Shown here: in pieces, positions 42,195-51,184 of the stretch
How positions within the stretch are numbered: the stretch's first letter is position 1
Layout: every line of letters starts with the position of its first letter
From: a virus
Reading direction: 5' to 3' (one strand)
IMG/VR virus record: IMGVR_UViG_3300045988_069167
Length of the DNA: 63,884 bases
Translations under genes and position numbers: made by a program
The notes under the pieces: generated by a model
What the model was told of the DNA's origin: nothing
What the model saw: only the letters and a program-made list of their open reading frames with translations
Databases searched by the model: none

Positions 42195-42763
42195 TGAAGG
42201 AGGTTATCATGAAAGAATGCAGAGTATGCAACCTTGGGTACAAGGTGATGATAGAGCTTCAGAAGAAAGAGTTGGTTTTTGACATCAAGAATACTGCTGC
42301 CGTTTACGCAGATTCCATCTCCAGTTCGGTGGAGGATTCCCATTCTATCCATAATATCTATGATGTGGGCGAGGACGGAAATCGGGATAAACTGGCAAGG
42401 ATTCTTGACTCAGCAGTAGAAGACTGCAACGAAATGCTTTTCAGATATACCAAGATGGAAATGCTTGGTGGCGGCTTTGATTCTAATGAGTGGGAAGAAT
42501 GTATAGGTTCGCCTACAAACGAGGAAGAAGCCTACTACTTGGCGATGAGGATGCCACAAGGTTTCTCGAAGACAAGTGTGCATACCATGACGGTATATAT
42601 TCATGATTACATTGTGAACCAATGTTTATATGAGTGGCTGATGATTGTTTATCCTGATGGTGCTGATAGGTTCTGGGCACTCGCTGAGGAGAAGAAACAG
42701 AAGATTAAGGAAGCAAGCAATCGGTCGGCTGGTAGGGCAAGAATTGCTTTGCATCCATTTTAG
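42194..42763 (+). CDS. Hypothetical protein
   Basis: TAATG overlap with the upstream gene. An alternative ATG at 42209 is preceded by AAGGAGG. Confidence 0.6.
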   Translation: MKEVIMKECRVCNLGYKVMIELQKKELVFDIKNTAAVYADSISSSVEDSHSIHNIYDVGEDGNRDKLARILDSAVEDCNEMLFRYTKMEMLGGGFDSNEWEECIGSPTNEEEAYYLAMRMPQGFSKTSVHTMTVYIHDYIVNQCLYEWLMIVYPDGADRFWALAEEKKQKIKEASNRSAGRARIALHPF

Positions 42764-42771
42764 AATTAAAC

Positions 42772-42812
42772 AAGGGTAGCTATCCATCACGGACTGCTAC
42801 CCTTTATTTTTT
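42772..42812. terminator. Bidirectional rho-independent terminator
   Basis: aagggtagc(15 nt)gctaccctt 9-bp stem followed by tatttttt, between convergent genes. Confidence 0.8.
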
Positions 42813-42831
42813 ATAATGAAAAAGAAAATTA

Positions 42832-45402
42832 TTATCTAAGTTTATTCTGTAATCTTTCTTGGAACTTAGCAGATAGACCGCTTATAGATTCGTTTGGGGC
42901 AAGTTTGCCAATAAGCGCAATCCTGAAATATTTGTATGGAGAGCCTACAAGGCTTCTGAGAAATATATCAACAGAAGAACTAATGTAATACCAATTAACA
43001 AGGTCGTTACTCCCGAACAGAACCATTCCGCATTTCCATTCCCGAATGCTGCTGAAATATCCTCTTGTGATGCAATCGAACATAGTCTTATAGACCTCTT
43101 GCCCAAGCGTTAAAGGACGGCTGCAAAGAAAGAACGGAACGCTTTCCGTTGGCTCCTTCACGTACACATCAAGAATTTTTCCAGCCTTGTCTGTAGCGTA
43201 TGACTCAGGATATATATTCACTCGCTTGTTGAAGACATTGTGCATGGTTCCCCACATCTTACTTTTCAATGAGTAAACGTAAGCATAAGTATAGTTCGGG
43301 TTGAAGACGATGATACGACTATCGTAATAGTCGTAAATCATATTAGCTTCTTCGAGATACTTGCGAAAATGGACATACTTCACGTCTGACTCAGGAATTT
43401 TACCTAGCGCAAGGAGTTTATTCGGATAGGTCTTGTCCTTTGTTGAGTGTGAGTAGATAGATAGAAAATCGAAAGGATAATCATTCAGTGCGTCTGTTAT
43501 ACACTCAGATTCTCGTCCTCGCTGCATCATAATACCTCGCTCGGTAGAGAATAGGACGGCATCGTCTATCTGTAGTATTCCTTTTGGGTTGGAACAAATC
43601 TCACGGTTGGCAGGCTGGCGAGCATCGTATGTTCCTTCACCATTTGTCATAAGTACCCATACTCCTTCATCCGTGAAAGCGTAGAGTGGTGCCTCTCCAA
43701 ACTGTCCTTCGCTGATAGGTCTGGTATTCGCTGACAGAGCATTGATGATTGATGAGCCTACTTGAACAGTATTCTTGACAGGGAAAACAAGAGGGTTCTC
43801 AGCTTCGCTGACCTTGACAATGTTTTGTGAAATGTTCAATCCTTCATCTTTGTTCTCGTTATATTTGTCGTAAATTGATTGCCATGTGGATTTAGTTATT
43901 TTTTGAAAATCCGATTCGTCTATATAGTCATTTTTAGAAATACTTATGCTTAAATTGTGATTTTCAACATTACTAAATGTTGGGTTGTAACTATAATAGG
44001 TATTGCTATCTTTTTTTATATAGAATATGGCACTTGCATTTGAAAGAGGAATAGAAATAACTCGATTGCATCTTATTGGGAATCCTGTATTGATATATAT
44101 ATTTTTTTGTCCGTAATTTTCCTGTTTGCTAATAATAGCAATGCAATCATAATATTTATAATTGTTATAAGCTTCATTATACTTTATAAGGTATATAGGA
44201 TTGAGTCTTTGTTTTACGTTTCCTAAGTGCAATCTATTGTTATATACTAATGCTGTTTTTGCTCCATAAGTATATTGTAAGCTTGCTAACGATATTGTTT
44301 CTTCTGTTTTTAGAGGTCTGATTATGTCTTTATATTTTCCAAGGTCACTTTTTTCTAGAGATAGAACTTTATATAAAACAGTTTCGTCTATTGCTTTTGC
44401 AAAGGATGAAGTTGTTTTCTTAGTCAATGTAATAGTACCTGACTGTCCAGTATAGTAAGTGTCTTCTCCATATTGGTCAATTTTATATTCTTTATCAAGT
44501 ATTACATCAGGAATACCTTCGGACAAGAAAATGTCTATACTTTGAACCAAATTCAAAATATTGCTATTACTAACATACGCTGTTGCAGACATTTTAAAAA
44601 AACTGAATGTTCCTTCTATAGAAGGAACTCCGTCACCAGCACTGTTTGTATGGAATGATAGAACATTGGGAGTAACACCGCTTCCAATAGTAAATAGGCT
44701 GGAGGCACGAATGTATGTGCCATCATACAGCTTAATTGCAGCTACCCCAAAAACTGTATATTTAAACCAATTAGTTCCTAATGTTTCTAATTTTTTGTTA
44801 GCTGCTGCATCTAGGGCATAGAAAAGTTTGCTAGTTCCATTGTTGTTTGTTTTTGTAAAATATAGACTATCACCTTTGGCTGCATTGTAGAAACAATTAA
44901 TAAAATCTTCTTTATCCATTGTTCCTTTGTATGTGTCATTTAAAGTAGTATCATTACCATATAAATGAAATTGAAAAGAAAAATCATTAGAATTGAAAAT
45001 GGTGTATGTAGTGCCATTCCAAAATGCATATATGATGAAATTTTCATTTATAAAGCAAAGTAAATTACCTATAGAGCATACGCTGTTAATCTTATCTGTT
45101 GTTAATGATAGGTAATGTTCTTCGGCATCTATATTTTTTTCTATCCAGTACCAAGTATCATCTGATTTACGGATGATGTAGTGAGAGTGAATCGCTTCAT
45201 CGTGTGTTACCTTATGTACCAGTTCGATGGTGTCGTCTGCATCAAGCGTGATATTTTGCTCAGCTACCACAGGCTGATGAATAGGGTGTAGTGCCCCATC
45301 CTCGTTGATGAGGTTGAGGCAGGTTGCCAACTCCCCATCCTGGCAATCATAATCGGATGGTGAGTTGGCGAGTCCTTTGAAAATTACTTCTTGTCTTGCC
45401 AT
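42832..45402 (-). CDS. Large putative virion structural protein (tail / adaptor, beta-rich)
   Basis: 856-aa ORF with an Asn/Tyr/Ser-rich beta-type composition. No enzymatic motif was seen. Confidence 0.6.
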   Translation of the reverse strand: MARQEVIFKGLANSPSDYDCQDGELATCLNLINEDGALHPIHQPVVAEQNITLDADDTIELVHKVTHDEAIHSHYIIRKSDDTWYWIEKNIDAEEHYLSLTTDKINSVCSIGNLLCFINENFIIYAFWNGTTYTIFNSNDFSFQFHLYGNDTTLNDTYKGTMDKEDFINCFYNAAKGDSLYFTKTNNNGTSKLFYALDAAANKKLETLGTNWFKYTVFGVAAIKLYDGTYIRASSLFTIGSGVTPNVLSFHTNSAGDGVPSIEGTFSFFKMSATAYVSNSNILNLVQSIDIFLSEGIPDVILDKEYKIDQYGEDTYYTGQSGTITLTKKTTSSFAKAIDETVLYKVLSLEKSDLGKYKDIIRPLKTEETISLASLQYTYGAKTALVYNNRLHLGNVKQRLNPIYLIKYNEAYNNYKYYDCIAIISKQENYGQKNIYINTGFPIRCNRVISIPLSNASAIFYIKKDSNTYYSYNPTFSNVENHNLSISISKNDYIDESDFQKITKSTWQSIYDKYNENKDEGLNISQNIVKVSEAENPLVFPVKNTVQVGSSIINALSANTRPISEGQFGEAPLYAFTDEGVWVLMTNGEGTYDARQPANREICSNPKGILQIDDAVLFSTERGIMMQRGRESECITDALNDYPFDFLSIYSHSTKDKTYPNKLLALGKIPESDVKYVHFRKYLEEANMIYDYYDSRIIVFNPNYTYAYVYSLKSKMWGTMHNVFNKRVNIYPESYATDKAGKILDVYVKEPTESVPFFLCSRPLTLGQEVYKTMFDCITRGYFSSIREWKCGMVLFGSNDLVNWYYISSSVDIFLRSLVGSPYKYFRIALIGKLAPNESISGLSAKFQERLQNKLR

Positions 45403-45824
45403 GTGCTTGAATTTAAGTTTGGTCGAATGATTTCGTAGTATGGCTCGCCTTTGCCTGACTTGCGTGGAATACAGGTCAGGCGAACCATTCTGTTGAGCGG
45501 AAGATTGTACTCGTCAAGGATGGCGGTGATGGAAGGTAGGTCACTTCGGAATCCCACCTTCTTATGCTCCTGATTGAATTGAAGCTGAGTGAAGGCGGTG
45601 TTTGCCTTGCAAAGTTCTTCCCAGTCCTCACGCATACAGAATCCGTATGTTCCTCTGTCTGATAACCTGAACACGAAGACGGAATGGTCTGTACGTTCCT
45701 TCTGCATGATATGATCGTAGATACCCTTGGAGAGTGTGACAGAGTTCGCTCTTCCGTCCAGTATCACAAAATTGTTGCGATGTCTGAAACCATTGACTTT
45801 ATCTATTATATATTTGAATTTCAT
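45384..45824 (-). CDS. Hypothetical protein
   Basis: 146-aa ORF that overlaps the downstream gene by 19 nt. Confidence 0.6.
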   Translation of the reverse strand: MKFKYIIDKVNGFRHRNNFVILDGRANSVTLSKGIYDHIMQKERTDHSVFVFRLSDRGTYGFCMREDWEELCKANTAFTQLQFNQEHKKVGFRSDLPSITAILDEYNLPLNRMVRLTCIPRKSGKGEPYYEIIRPNLNSSTWQDKK

Positions 45825-45885
45825 AGCACAAATATAATAAGTAAATTGATGATATATATATTATCTATTAACTTTATCTTCGATA

Positions 45886-46182
45886 CTACTTATTTGCTAG
45901 TTCTTTCGCTTCTTCAAGTGATACTGGCTTTCCGCTAAGAGGAATACGAAAATCGAACTTAGAACGGAAAGAGTAGTAGCCTACGAAATCGAAGCTCTGC
46001 TTCATTCTCTCATCTGTGGTGATGTACTTCTTGTAAGCCTTCACTTCCTTTTCTGAGCGATAGATGGTAGAGTTGACGAAGTAAGAACTGGTTCCCTTGT
46101 TTGCGATAACTGCAATAAAGAACTGCTTGCCAAGGAATTTCTCCTTGATACGTTGGATAATTGAGATTTTCTTTGTATTCAT
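45886..46182 (-). CDS. Hypothetical protein
   Basis: 98-aa ORF. Confidence 0.55.
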   Translation of the reverse strand: MNTKKISIIQRIKEKFLGKQFFIAVIANKGTSSYFVNSTIYRSEKEVKAYKKYITTDERMKQSFDFVGYYSFRSKFDFRIPLSGKPVSLEEAKELANK

Positions 46183-46227
46183 ACTGTAAATCTGATTAAT
46201 TATTATGATGAGTGCAGATAGGCTGCA

Positions 46228-46419
46228 CTATTCTATTCCGCAAGATACGATACAATCTTCTGTGTTGATACCACGATAGTATTCACATCGCTGGCAAGCA
46301 AGGCTGCCAACCGTCAGGATTTCGTGAGTGTATCTGCCTTGTATGGCGAAAGGGCATGGAGTGGTGTACTCGAAGTGCCCTCCTATAAATTCGTTGACGT
46401 TATATTTTGGATATTTCAT
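46228..46419 (-). CDS. Small Cys-rich (zinc-ribbon-like) protein
   Basis: 63 aa with CPFA...CQRC...CIVSC. Confidence 0.55.
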   Translation of the reverse strand: MKYPKYNVNEFIGGHFEYTTPCPFAIQGRYTHEILTVGSLACQRCEYYRGINTEDCIVSCGIE

Positions 46420-46421
46420 AT

Positions 46422-46766
46422 CTACATTGTCTTATTTACGATTTCTCTGATAAGTGAGATAGTGCAAGAAGGTTTGAACCACATTGATTCTAGACGTTCA
46501 GTGGCTTCGATAGCTAGATTACTGATAGAGCTAAATTTTTCTCTAGCACGTCTTTTTAGCTCAGCGTTTTCTGCTCTAACCTTGTCTCTTTCCGCTTTGA
46601 GATTCTTGATTTCATTTCCAAACTTTTCGTCTAGCTTACCCTTCTTCTCCTCGTACTCTTGTTCGAGTTTGCTCTTCTTTTCAGAATACTCGCTTTCAAG
46701 AGAATTTACCTTCCTGCTGTAGTTGTCAGCTTGCTCATTATGGAAACGAATAGATGCCTCTATAGT
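46422..46766 (-). CDS. Coiled-coil ORF without a canonical start codon
   Basis: 114 sense codons (IEASIRFHNEQADNYSRKVNSLESEYSEKKSKLEQEYEEKKGKLDEKF...) open from the TAA at 46767-46769. There is no ATG, GTG or TTG until codon 92. Confidence 0.4.
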   Translation of the reverse strand, partial: TIEASIRFHNEQADNYSRKVNSLESEYSEKKSKLEQEYEEKKGKLDEKFGNEIKNLKAERDKVRAENAELKRRAREKFSSISNLAIEATERLESMWFKPSCTISLIREIVNKTM

Positions 46767-46909
46767 TTAATCTCTTTGTAAATAAATCCTTCCCTACAAG
46801 GAATATCTATATCTAAGGTGCAACCATCTTTATTAAAGCAACACCCAACGCAATCTCCATGTTCGGCATCAACTACATCGTACTTCTTGCCTTTTTCAAA
46901 TCCTGCCAT
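46760..46909 (-). CDS. Small Cys-rich protein (49 aa)
   Basis: MAGFEKGKKYDVVDAEHGDCVGCCFNKDGCTLDIDIPCREGFIYKEIKL. The ATG lies 2 nt after the upstream TAG. Confidence 0.45.
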   Translation of the reverse strand: MAGFEKGKKYDVVDAEHGDCVGCCFNKDGCTLDIDIPCREGFIYKEIKL

Positions 46910-46911
46910 AT

Positions 46912-47073
46912 CTAAAACACAATTTTAAAATCCTTACCTTTCAAAGTTGGTCTCTTTTTGTGGACGAACTTTATTAAATCTTCAAAATCTATCGGAAAGA
47001 GTGAGCAGTACTTATACTTTAATGTACAGATGAATCTTCCGTTGAGCATAATATCAAATACAAATGTTTTCAT
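46912..47073 (-). CDS. Small hypothetical protein (53 aa)
   Basis: ATGA start/stop overlap with the upstream gene. GGAGGT lies 5 nt upstream of the ATG. Confidence 0.45.
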   Translation of the reverse strand: MKTFVFDIMLNGRFICTLKYKYCSLFPIDFEDLIKFVHKKRPTLKGKDFKIVF

Positions 47074-47417
47074 TGCTCACCTCCTTCATGCTTTGGCAGT
47101 ATATCAGACAAATAAGCCCACTTGATGATTTGGCATCTGCTAATCGAATGTCTCCAAGATTCCTCATTCCAAAGAATGGATTCTTTAAACTGTAGATAAG
47201 CATCGTTATCAAAACCAAGGGTAATAATATCGCTCTTGCTCTTATCTGGCTCTTCTGTATTTGGATGCCATAAATTCTTAATAAACTCATTGATAGCCCA
47301 GCGAGCACCATCCTTGAAATCTTCAATACTTCTAAGCTGAAAATATGAAGTTTCGTTGATATGCTTGCTGAGTGCTTGTGCCCTTGCAGCAATATCAATC
47401 TCATTTTCGTCTATCAT
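47070..47417 (-). CDS. Hypothetical protein, paralogue of 47631-47975
   Basis: 115 aa. Shares the MID.N start, a G..W......LWH...E.P core and a C-terminal I.KW.Y..D.L motif with its paralogue. Confidence 0.65.
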   Translation of the reverse strand: MIDENEIDIAARAQALSKHINETSYFQLRSIEDFKDGARWAINEFIKNLWHPNTEEPDKSKSDIITLGFDNDAYLQFKESILWNEESWRHSISRCQIIKWAYLSDILPKHEGGEQ

Positions 47418-47551
47418 AATCTACCCTTTCTTTTTCTAAGTTGATTCTTTCTACGCATTCTTCTTTGCGTCTTACCATCTTGTATGTCTTCACACTTAAT
47501 GTGTGGTTGACAATACCAAGGTATGCAATTCATTAAATCCTCATTACCCAT
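47414..47551 (-). CDS. Small Cys-rich basic protein (45 aa)
   Basis: MGNEDLMNCIPWYCQPHIKCED...RRMRRKNQLRKRKGRL. ATGA overlap with the next gene. Confidence 0.4.
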   Translation of the reverse strand: MGNEDLMNCIPWYCQPHIKCEDIQDGKTQRRMRRKNQLRKRKGRL

Positions 47552-47630
47552 AATTAGCCCTCCACGTTATCTTCAATTACAATAAATTTTCTTCCACAGT
47601 AATTGAAGCATTCTCCAACTTTAAGTTCTT

Positions 47631-47975
47631 TCACCTATCACCTCCTTTCAGCAAATCTTCAATGTAAAACCACTTTTTGATTTGATGAGTTTTAACAATA
47701 CCCTTCCAAAGACACTCATAGTCGCCTTCCCCTTCTGAATTATCCATAAGGTCATTCATATCTAGGATAGTTGGCAAGGCTTGGTTATTTCCCCTGATAA
47801 GGACTACTTGGCTATAGTCATTTCTAGGGATTTCGTTATATCTATGCAAGAGGTTACCTAAGAACCAGTTGATGCCTGCTATAAAAGCTTGATATGCAGC
47901 ATAATTTTCTTCTTCACTACAATTATGGTAAGCATAATCTTCTGCATACTTTTCTATCATATTTTTGTCTATCAT
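47631..47975 (-). CDS. Hypothetical protein, paralogue of 47070-47417
   Basis: The ATG at 47975 overlaps the upstream TGA (ATGA). The tracked ORF begins 6 nt further upstream. Confidence 0.65.
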   Translation of the reverse strand: MIDKNMIEKYAEDYAYHNCSEEENYAAYQAFIAGINWFLGNLLHRYNEIPRNDYSQVVLIRGNNQALPTILDMNDLMDNSEGEGDYECLWKGIVKTHQIKKWFYIEDLLKGGDR

Positions 47976-48091
47976 AACCATCCAATTAATTTACACATTA
48001 ATAGATATACATTATAAGTTTCTTTATTATAAGGAACTCGGTTGCAATAACAACCAAGTTCACTTGTCTTAGACATTAGCCATGCTTTCAT
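47972..48091 (-). CDS. Small hypothetical protein (39 aa)
   Basis: MKAWLMSKTSELGCYCNRVPYNKETYNVYLLMCKLIGWL. GGAGGTGAGGG lies immediately upstream of the ATG. Confidence 0.4.
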   Translation of the reverse strand: MKAWLMSKTSELGCYCNRVPYNKETYNVYLLMCKLIGWL

Positions 48092-48112
48092 CCCTCACCT
48101 CCTTTTCGTCTA

Positions 48113-48235
48113 TCATTTCTTGTGTTTGTTGAATGTTTTATAAAATTCATTATTTAGTCGCAAAACAAAAACAAAAATTCCTAGGAGTACAAATATTCCA
48201 AGTATCGTTTCAATCAATTCAAGATATAGTATCAT
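48113..48235 (-). CDS. Small single-TM protein (40 aa)
   Basis: MILYLELIETILGIFVLLGIFVFVLRLNNEF... ATGA overlap with the upstream gene. GGAGGTGAGGG lies immediately upstream of the ATG. Confidence 0.45.
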   Translation of the reverse strand: MILYLELIETILGIFVLLGIFVFVLRLNNEFYKTFNKHKK

Positions 48236-49245
48236 CCCTCACCTCCTTTCCACTCATCAGCTGTACCTAAGAGGTGCTTGGTCTCCTCGTTGTAAGGGAT
48301 GCAGTGGGTAACTCGTCCATACCCTATACATACATAAGGCAATTGTTCATCGTTCTCATCGTAATGTCTAAAGAAGTCTGCTGTCCATGTACGACCTGCT
48401 ATCTTTGCAAGCACCTTGTCAAATGGCTTAAGCTCATATTTCTTAGGCAAGTCCTCAATTTGTTTGGTATCTGGATTCCAACGCTTGCCTTCCTTAGCCA
48501 AGGCATCAAAGAGCTGCTGCTTCTCCTCTTCTGTAGCAGGGCGATAAATCCCCCCATCCACCCAATCATCATCAGAATAATTTAAATAGGGAGTATATGC
48601 ATTTGTATGGTAATACACATAATTAGAAATATAAACTTCATTATGTTCTTCATATAAACTTTTAAATATTCCGATTTTGATAGCTCTGTAAGTTTTACAA
48701 AAATATATATCTCCATCTTTTAATGGAATTGTTTCTAAAGTTTCCAAGTTTAATCCAGCTTTTAATATACAAGCTTCAGCAGTAAGTATATGTTTCTTGA
48801 TGTTTTCTTTGTTTTCCTCTAAAGAGTAATTCTTAGTAAAAAGAGTTTCTTCTTTTTCAGAAAAGCATCTATAAGCAGGAACATCTTCACCCCAAACGTA
48901 CTTACCAAAAAATTTAGTATAAGTATCATCGGTAAATCTATTAAAAAATATAGTTTCCTTGCCATCATTGCTAACCAGCACATCTCCTTTCTTCCAAGCG
49001 AACTTTGACCAGTCTTGCATTTGCTTGGATGGGAAAAGGCAGACTTCACCTGCCAGCGTGTACTGTCCAGTCTTAAAGAAAGACTTTTCTTCTGTTGAAG
49101 TAAATCCGTTGTGGATAGGGAAAACTCTTATACCACTTTCTGATGATAAACGACTAAATTTACAATCTCCAAAGATAGGAGACCACAATTTTGTACCTTT
49201 TGGCTTATCCTTTAGGATAGCCGCTATGTTAAGTTCTTTTTTCAT
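48232..49245 (-). CDS. Hypothetical protein
   Basis: 337-aa ORF with no recognised motif. Confidence 0.7.
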   Translation of the reverse strand: MKKELNIAAILKDKPKGTKLWSPIFGDCKFSRLSSESGIRVFPIHNGFTSTEEKSFFKTGQYTLAGEVCLFPSKQMQDWSKFAWKKGDVLVSNDGKETIFFNRFTDDTYTKFFGKYVWGEDVPAYRCFSEKEETLFTKNYSLEENKENIKKHILTAEACILKAGLNLETLETIPLKDGDIYFCKTYRAIKIGIFKSLYEEHNEVYISNYVYYHTNAYTPYLNYSDDDWVDGGIYRPATEEEKQQLFDALAKEGKRWNPDTKQIEDLPKKYELKPFDKVLAKIAGRTWTADFFRHYDENDEQLPYVCIGYGRVTHCIPYNEETKHLLGTADEWKGGEG

Positions 49246-49247
49246 AA

Positions 49248-49475
49248 TTAACCTTTCTTATCAACAATACGTTTATAATTATCATACTCAGTTTCACTAA
49301 CCTCTGCAAAGAAAGTAATTACAACATTTGTGGGTGATATTCCTCTTTGTTCTGCAAGGAACCGCATTTGTTCTGCTACAGGGAAGTGCTCATCTTTCGT
49401 AGAGAGAACCCCATCAATTACACCGCTAGGATTGCTATCAAAGATGGTAGCTACATAGTAATAACACTTCTTCAT
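49248..49475 (-). CDS. Hypothetical protein
   Basis: 75-aa ORF, tightly packed against its neighbours. Confidence 0.55.
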   Translation of the reverse strand: MKKCYYYVATIFDSNPSGVIDGVLSTKDEHFPVAEQMRFLAEQRGISPTNVVITFFAEVSETEYDNYKRIVDKKG

Positions 49476-49476
49476 A

Positions 49477-49677
49477 CTAATTTCTCATTATGTGACACTT
49501 AATAACCTTGTTTTTCGCAAGATGTAGTGAGTTGTTGATGTTCTTGATAAACTCTCGTTCCATCTGCTCAGGAAAGATGGGTTTGGTCGGCTTTGGGATG
49601 GTGATGGTAGCCTGAATCTTGCTACCATCACTCAAAGTCATTAAGCATCTTCTTGTAATCTGTTCTATCCCAAACAT
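49477..49677 (-). CDS. Hypothetical protein
   Basis: 66-aa ORF. Confidence 0.5.
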   Translation of the reverse strand: MFGIEQITRRCLMTLSDGSKIQATITIPKPTKPIFPEQMEREFIKNINNSLHLAKNKVIKCHIMRN

Positions 49678-49688
49678 ATTCTGTCCTC

Positions 49689-50300
49689 CTAATATTTATA
49701 TCCGTGTAGGTACGGACGGGTTTCGTTGTACTTCATTTTCAACCTGATATGTTCCATCGGGTTGATATTGTTTCTGTGGGCAATCGCAAAGATGTCTATT
49801 AGCATTTCCTGAAGATGTTTGGCGAGATACCAGTTTGGGGAATCATTCAAGTCACAGACTCCCATCTTTTCGATTTGTCTGTATAGGTCTTCTACTATAT
49901 TACGCCCAAAGATAAATTTAGCCAATGCGTATTCATCTTTTATGTCTTTATCTCCCATGAGTTCGATTTTTTCGCTATCCATGATACTACCCAAGAGTGA
50001 TAGAATACGAATAGCGATGTCGGCAAACTCAGACTCTACTGTGCCTTCCAATGTGTTTCGGTAGGCGGTCGGAATGTCCCTGCCCATTTCAATCTCGCTT
50101 TCATAGTCTTCGATTGAGCCATGTCTGTCCTTTCTGTCGGCTTGTAAAGCTTCGCTCATTTCTACAATGATGAACATCAGGTAGAATGTAGTATCAATAC
50201 CAGTATCAGAGTAGAAGCCCTTGCTCTTTGCAGACTCATAGGCTTGTTTAGATAAGACCTCCAAGTCTTCCTTTGTAATTATTCCTAACTTTTCTTCCAT
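49689..50300 (-). CDS. MazG-like all-alpha nucleoside triphosphate pyrophosphohydrolase
   Basis: 203 aa. IIVEMSEALQADRKDRH and EFADIAIRILSLLG are typical MazG-type acidic helices. Confidence 0.6.
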   Translation of the reverse strand: MEEKLGIITKEDLEVLSKQAYESAKSKGFYSDTGIDTTFYLMFIIVEMSEALQADRKDRHGSIEDYESEIEMGRDIPTAYRNTLEGTVESEFADIAIRILSLLGSIMDSEKIELMGDKDIKDEYALAKFIFGRNIVEDLYRQIEKMGVCDLNDSPNWYLAKHLQEMLIDIFAIAHRNNINPMEHIRLKMKYNETRPYLHGYKY

Positions 50301-50359
50301 ATTGATTTTGATTTATAAATTTTTGATAGTATTTATTTGTTTCAATCCACATAGCTTTG

Positions 50360-50572
50360 CTATGACTTGATAGTGAATGCCGTATCGTTGAGCGTTCTGC
50401 ACCATTCTATCTTTCCTTCTGCACATAATTCGTTGAGGGCTTGCTGCGGTTGATGGAATCCTCGGTTGATGATTTCTGCGGCAAGAACATGATTTGGAAC
50501 GATGTGCGCTGCCTTACGCTCTTCCTGAATCTCAGCGATGATGGCTAAGATTTGTTCTTTTTCTGTCTTCAT
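50360..50572 (-). CDS. Hypothetical protein
   Basis: 70-aa ORF. Confidence 0.5.
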   Translation of the reverse strand: MKTEKEQILAIIAEIQEERKAAHIVPNHVLAAEIINRGFHQPQQALNELCAEGKIEWCRTLNDTAFTIKS

Positions 50573-50789
50573 TTGGTGGGGAAGGTAAGAATGATACGTG
50601 AGTTACTTGTTGCTGGAACATTAATTGCTCCCAATTTCCGTTCATGTCTTGCTGGTACCACAAACCATCGTGCATTGTCCCGATGATTGGGTTGCCTTTG
50701 TACCATAGTACCATGGTCTTGTGGGCAAAGAGGGCTTTATGCGCTTTGCTGATGCGCTTGCCTATCTTGATATATCCGAAAATATCCAT
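50532..50789 (-). CDS. Hypothetical protein
   Basis: 85-aa ORF that overlaps the next gene by 41 nt. Confidence 0.5.
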   Translation of the reverse strand: MDIFGYIKIGKRISKAHKALFAHKTMVLWYKGNPIIGTMHDGLWYQQDMNGNWEQLMFQQQVTHVSFLPSPPNEDRKRTNLSHHR

Positions 50790-51176
50790 AAGCTAAAAGA
50801 GTGATAGCTGACCGCTCTTGTCGTGATAGTAATTCCCTGATGGAAATATCAGTTCCTCGAACATGGCAGTCAGGCAGTTGGTGACTATTGAGTTTCCTGC
50901 AAGTGCGTAGAGTTTGCTCTTACAGATAATGAGTTGACCAGACTTCTCCTTGCTCAGGAGTTTATCTATGTCAGCTTCATGCACTCCCATCAGGCGGAAA
51001 CAATCTCTTGGAGTGTACTTCCTAATTTGGATGGAGTATTTCTTTCCGTTGGGAGCGGTGTGAATTATTTCTTTGTTCATGATGGTTACGAATGTCATGT
51101 TGGACGTATCGACGGTTGTCTTGATGGTAGGGGAGATTCCTTGCAAAACAGATTGGTTATAGAGGTCTAAGACTTG

Positions 51177-51184
51177 CCCCCCCC
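51177..51184 (-). repeat. G8 homopolymer (C8 on + strand) at a frame change inside the methyltransferase gene
   Basis: G8 to G7 would fuse ...SGKVNPDMGG to QVLDLYNQSVLQGISPTIK... Confidence 0.9.
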
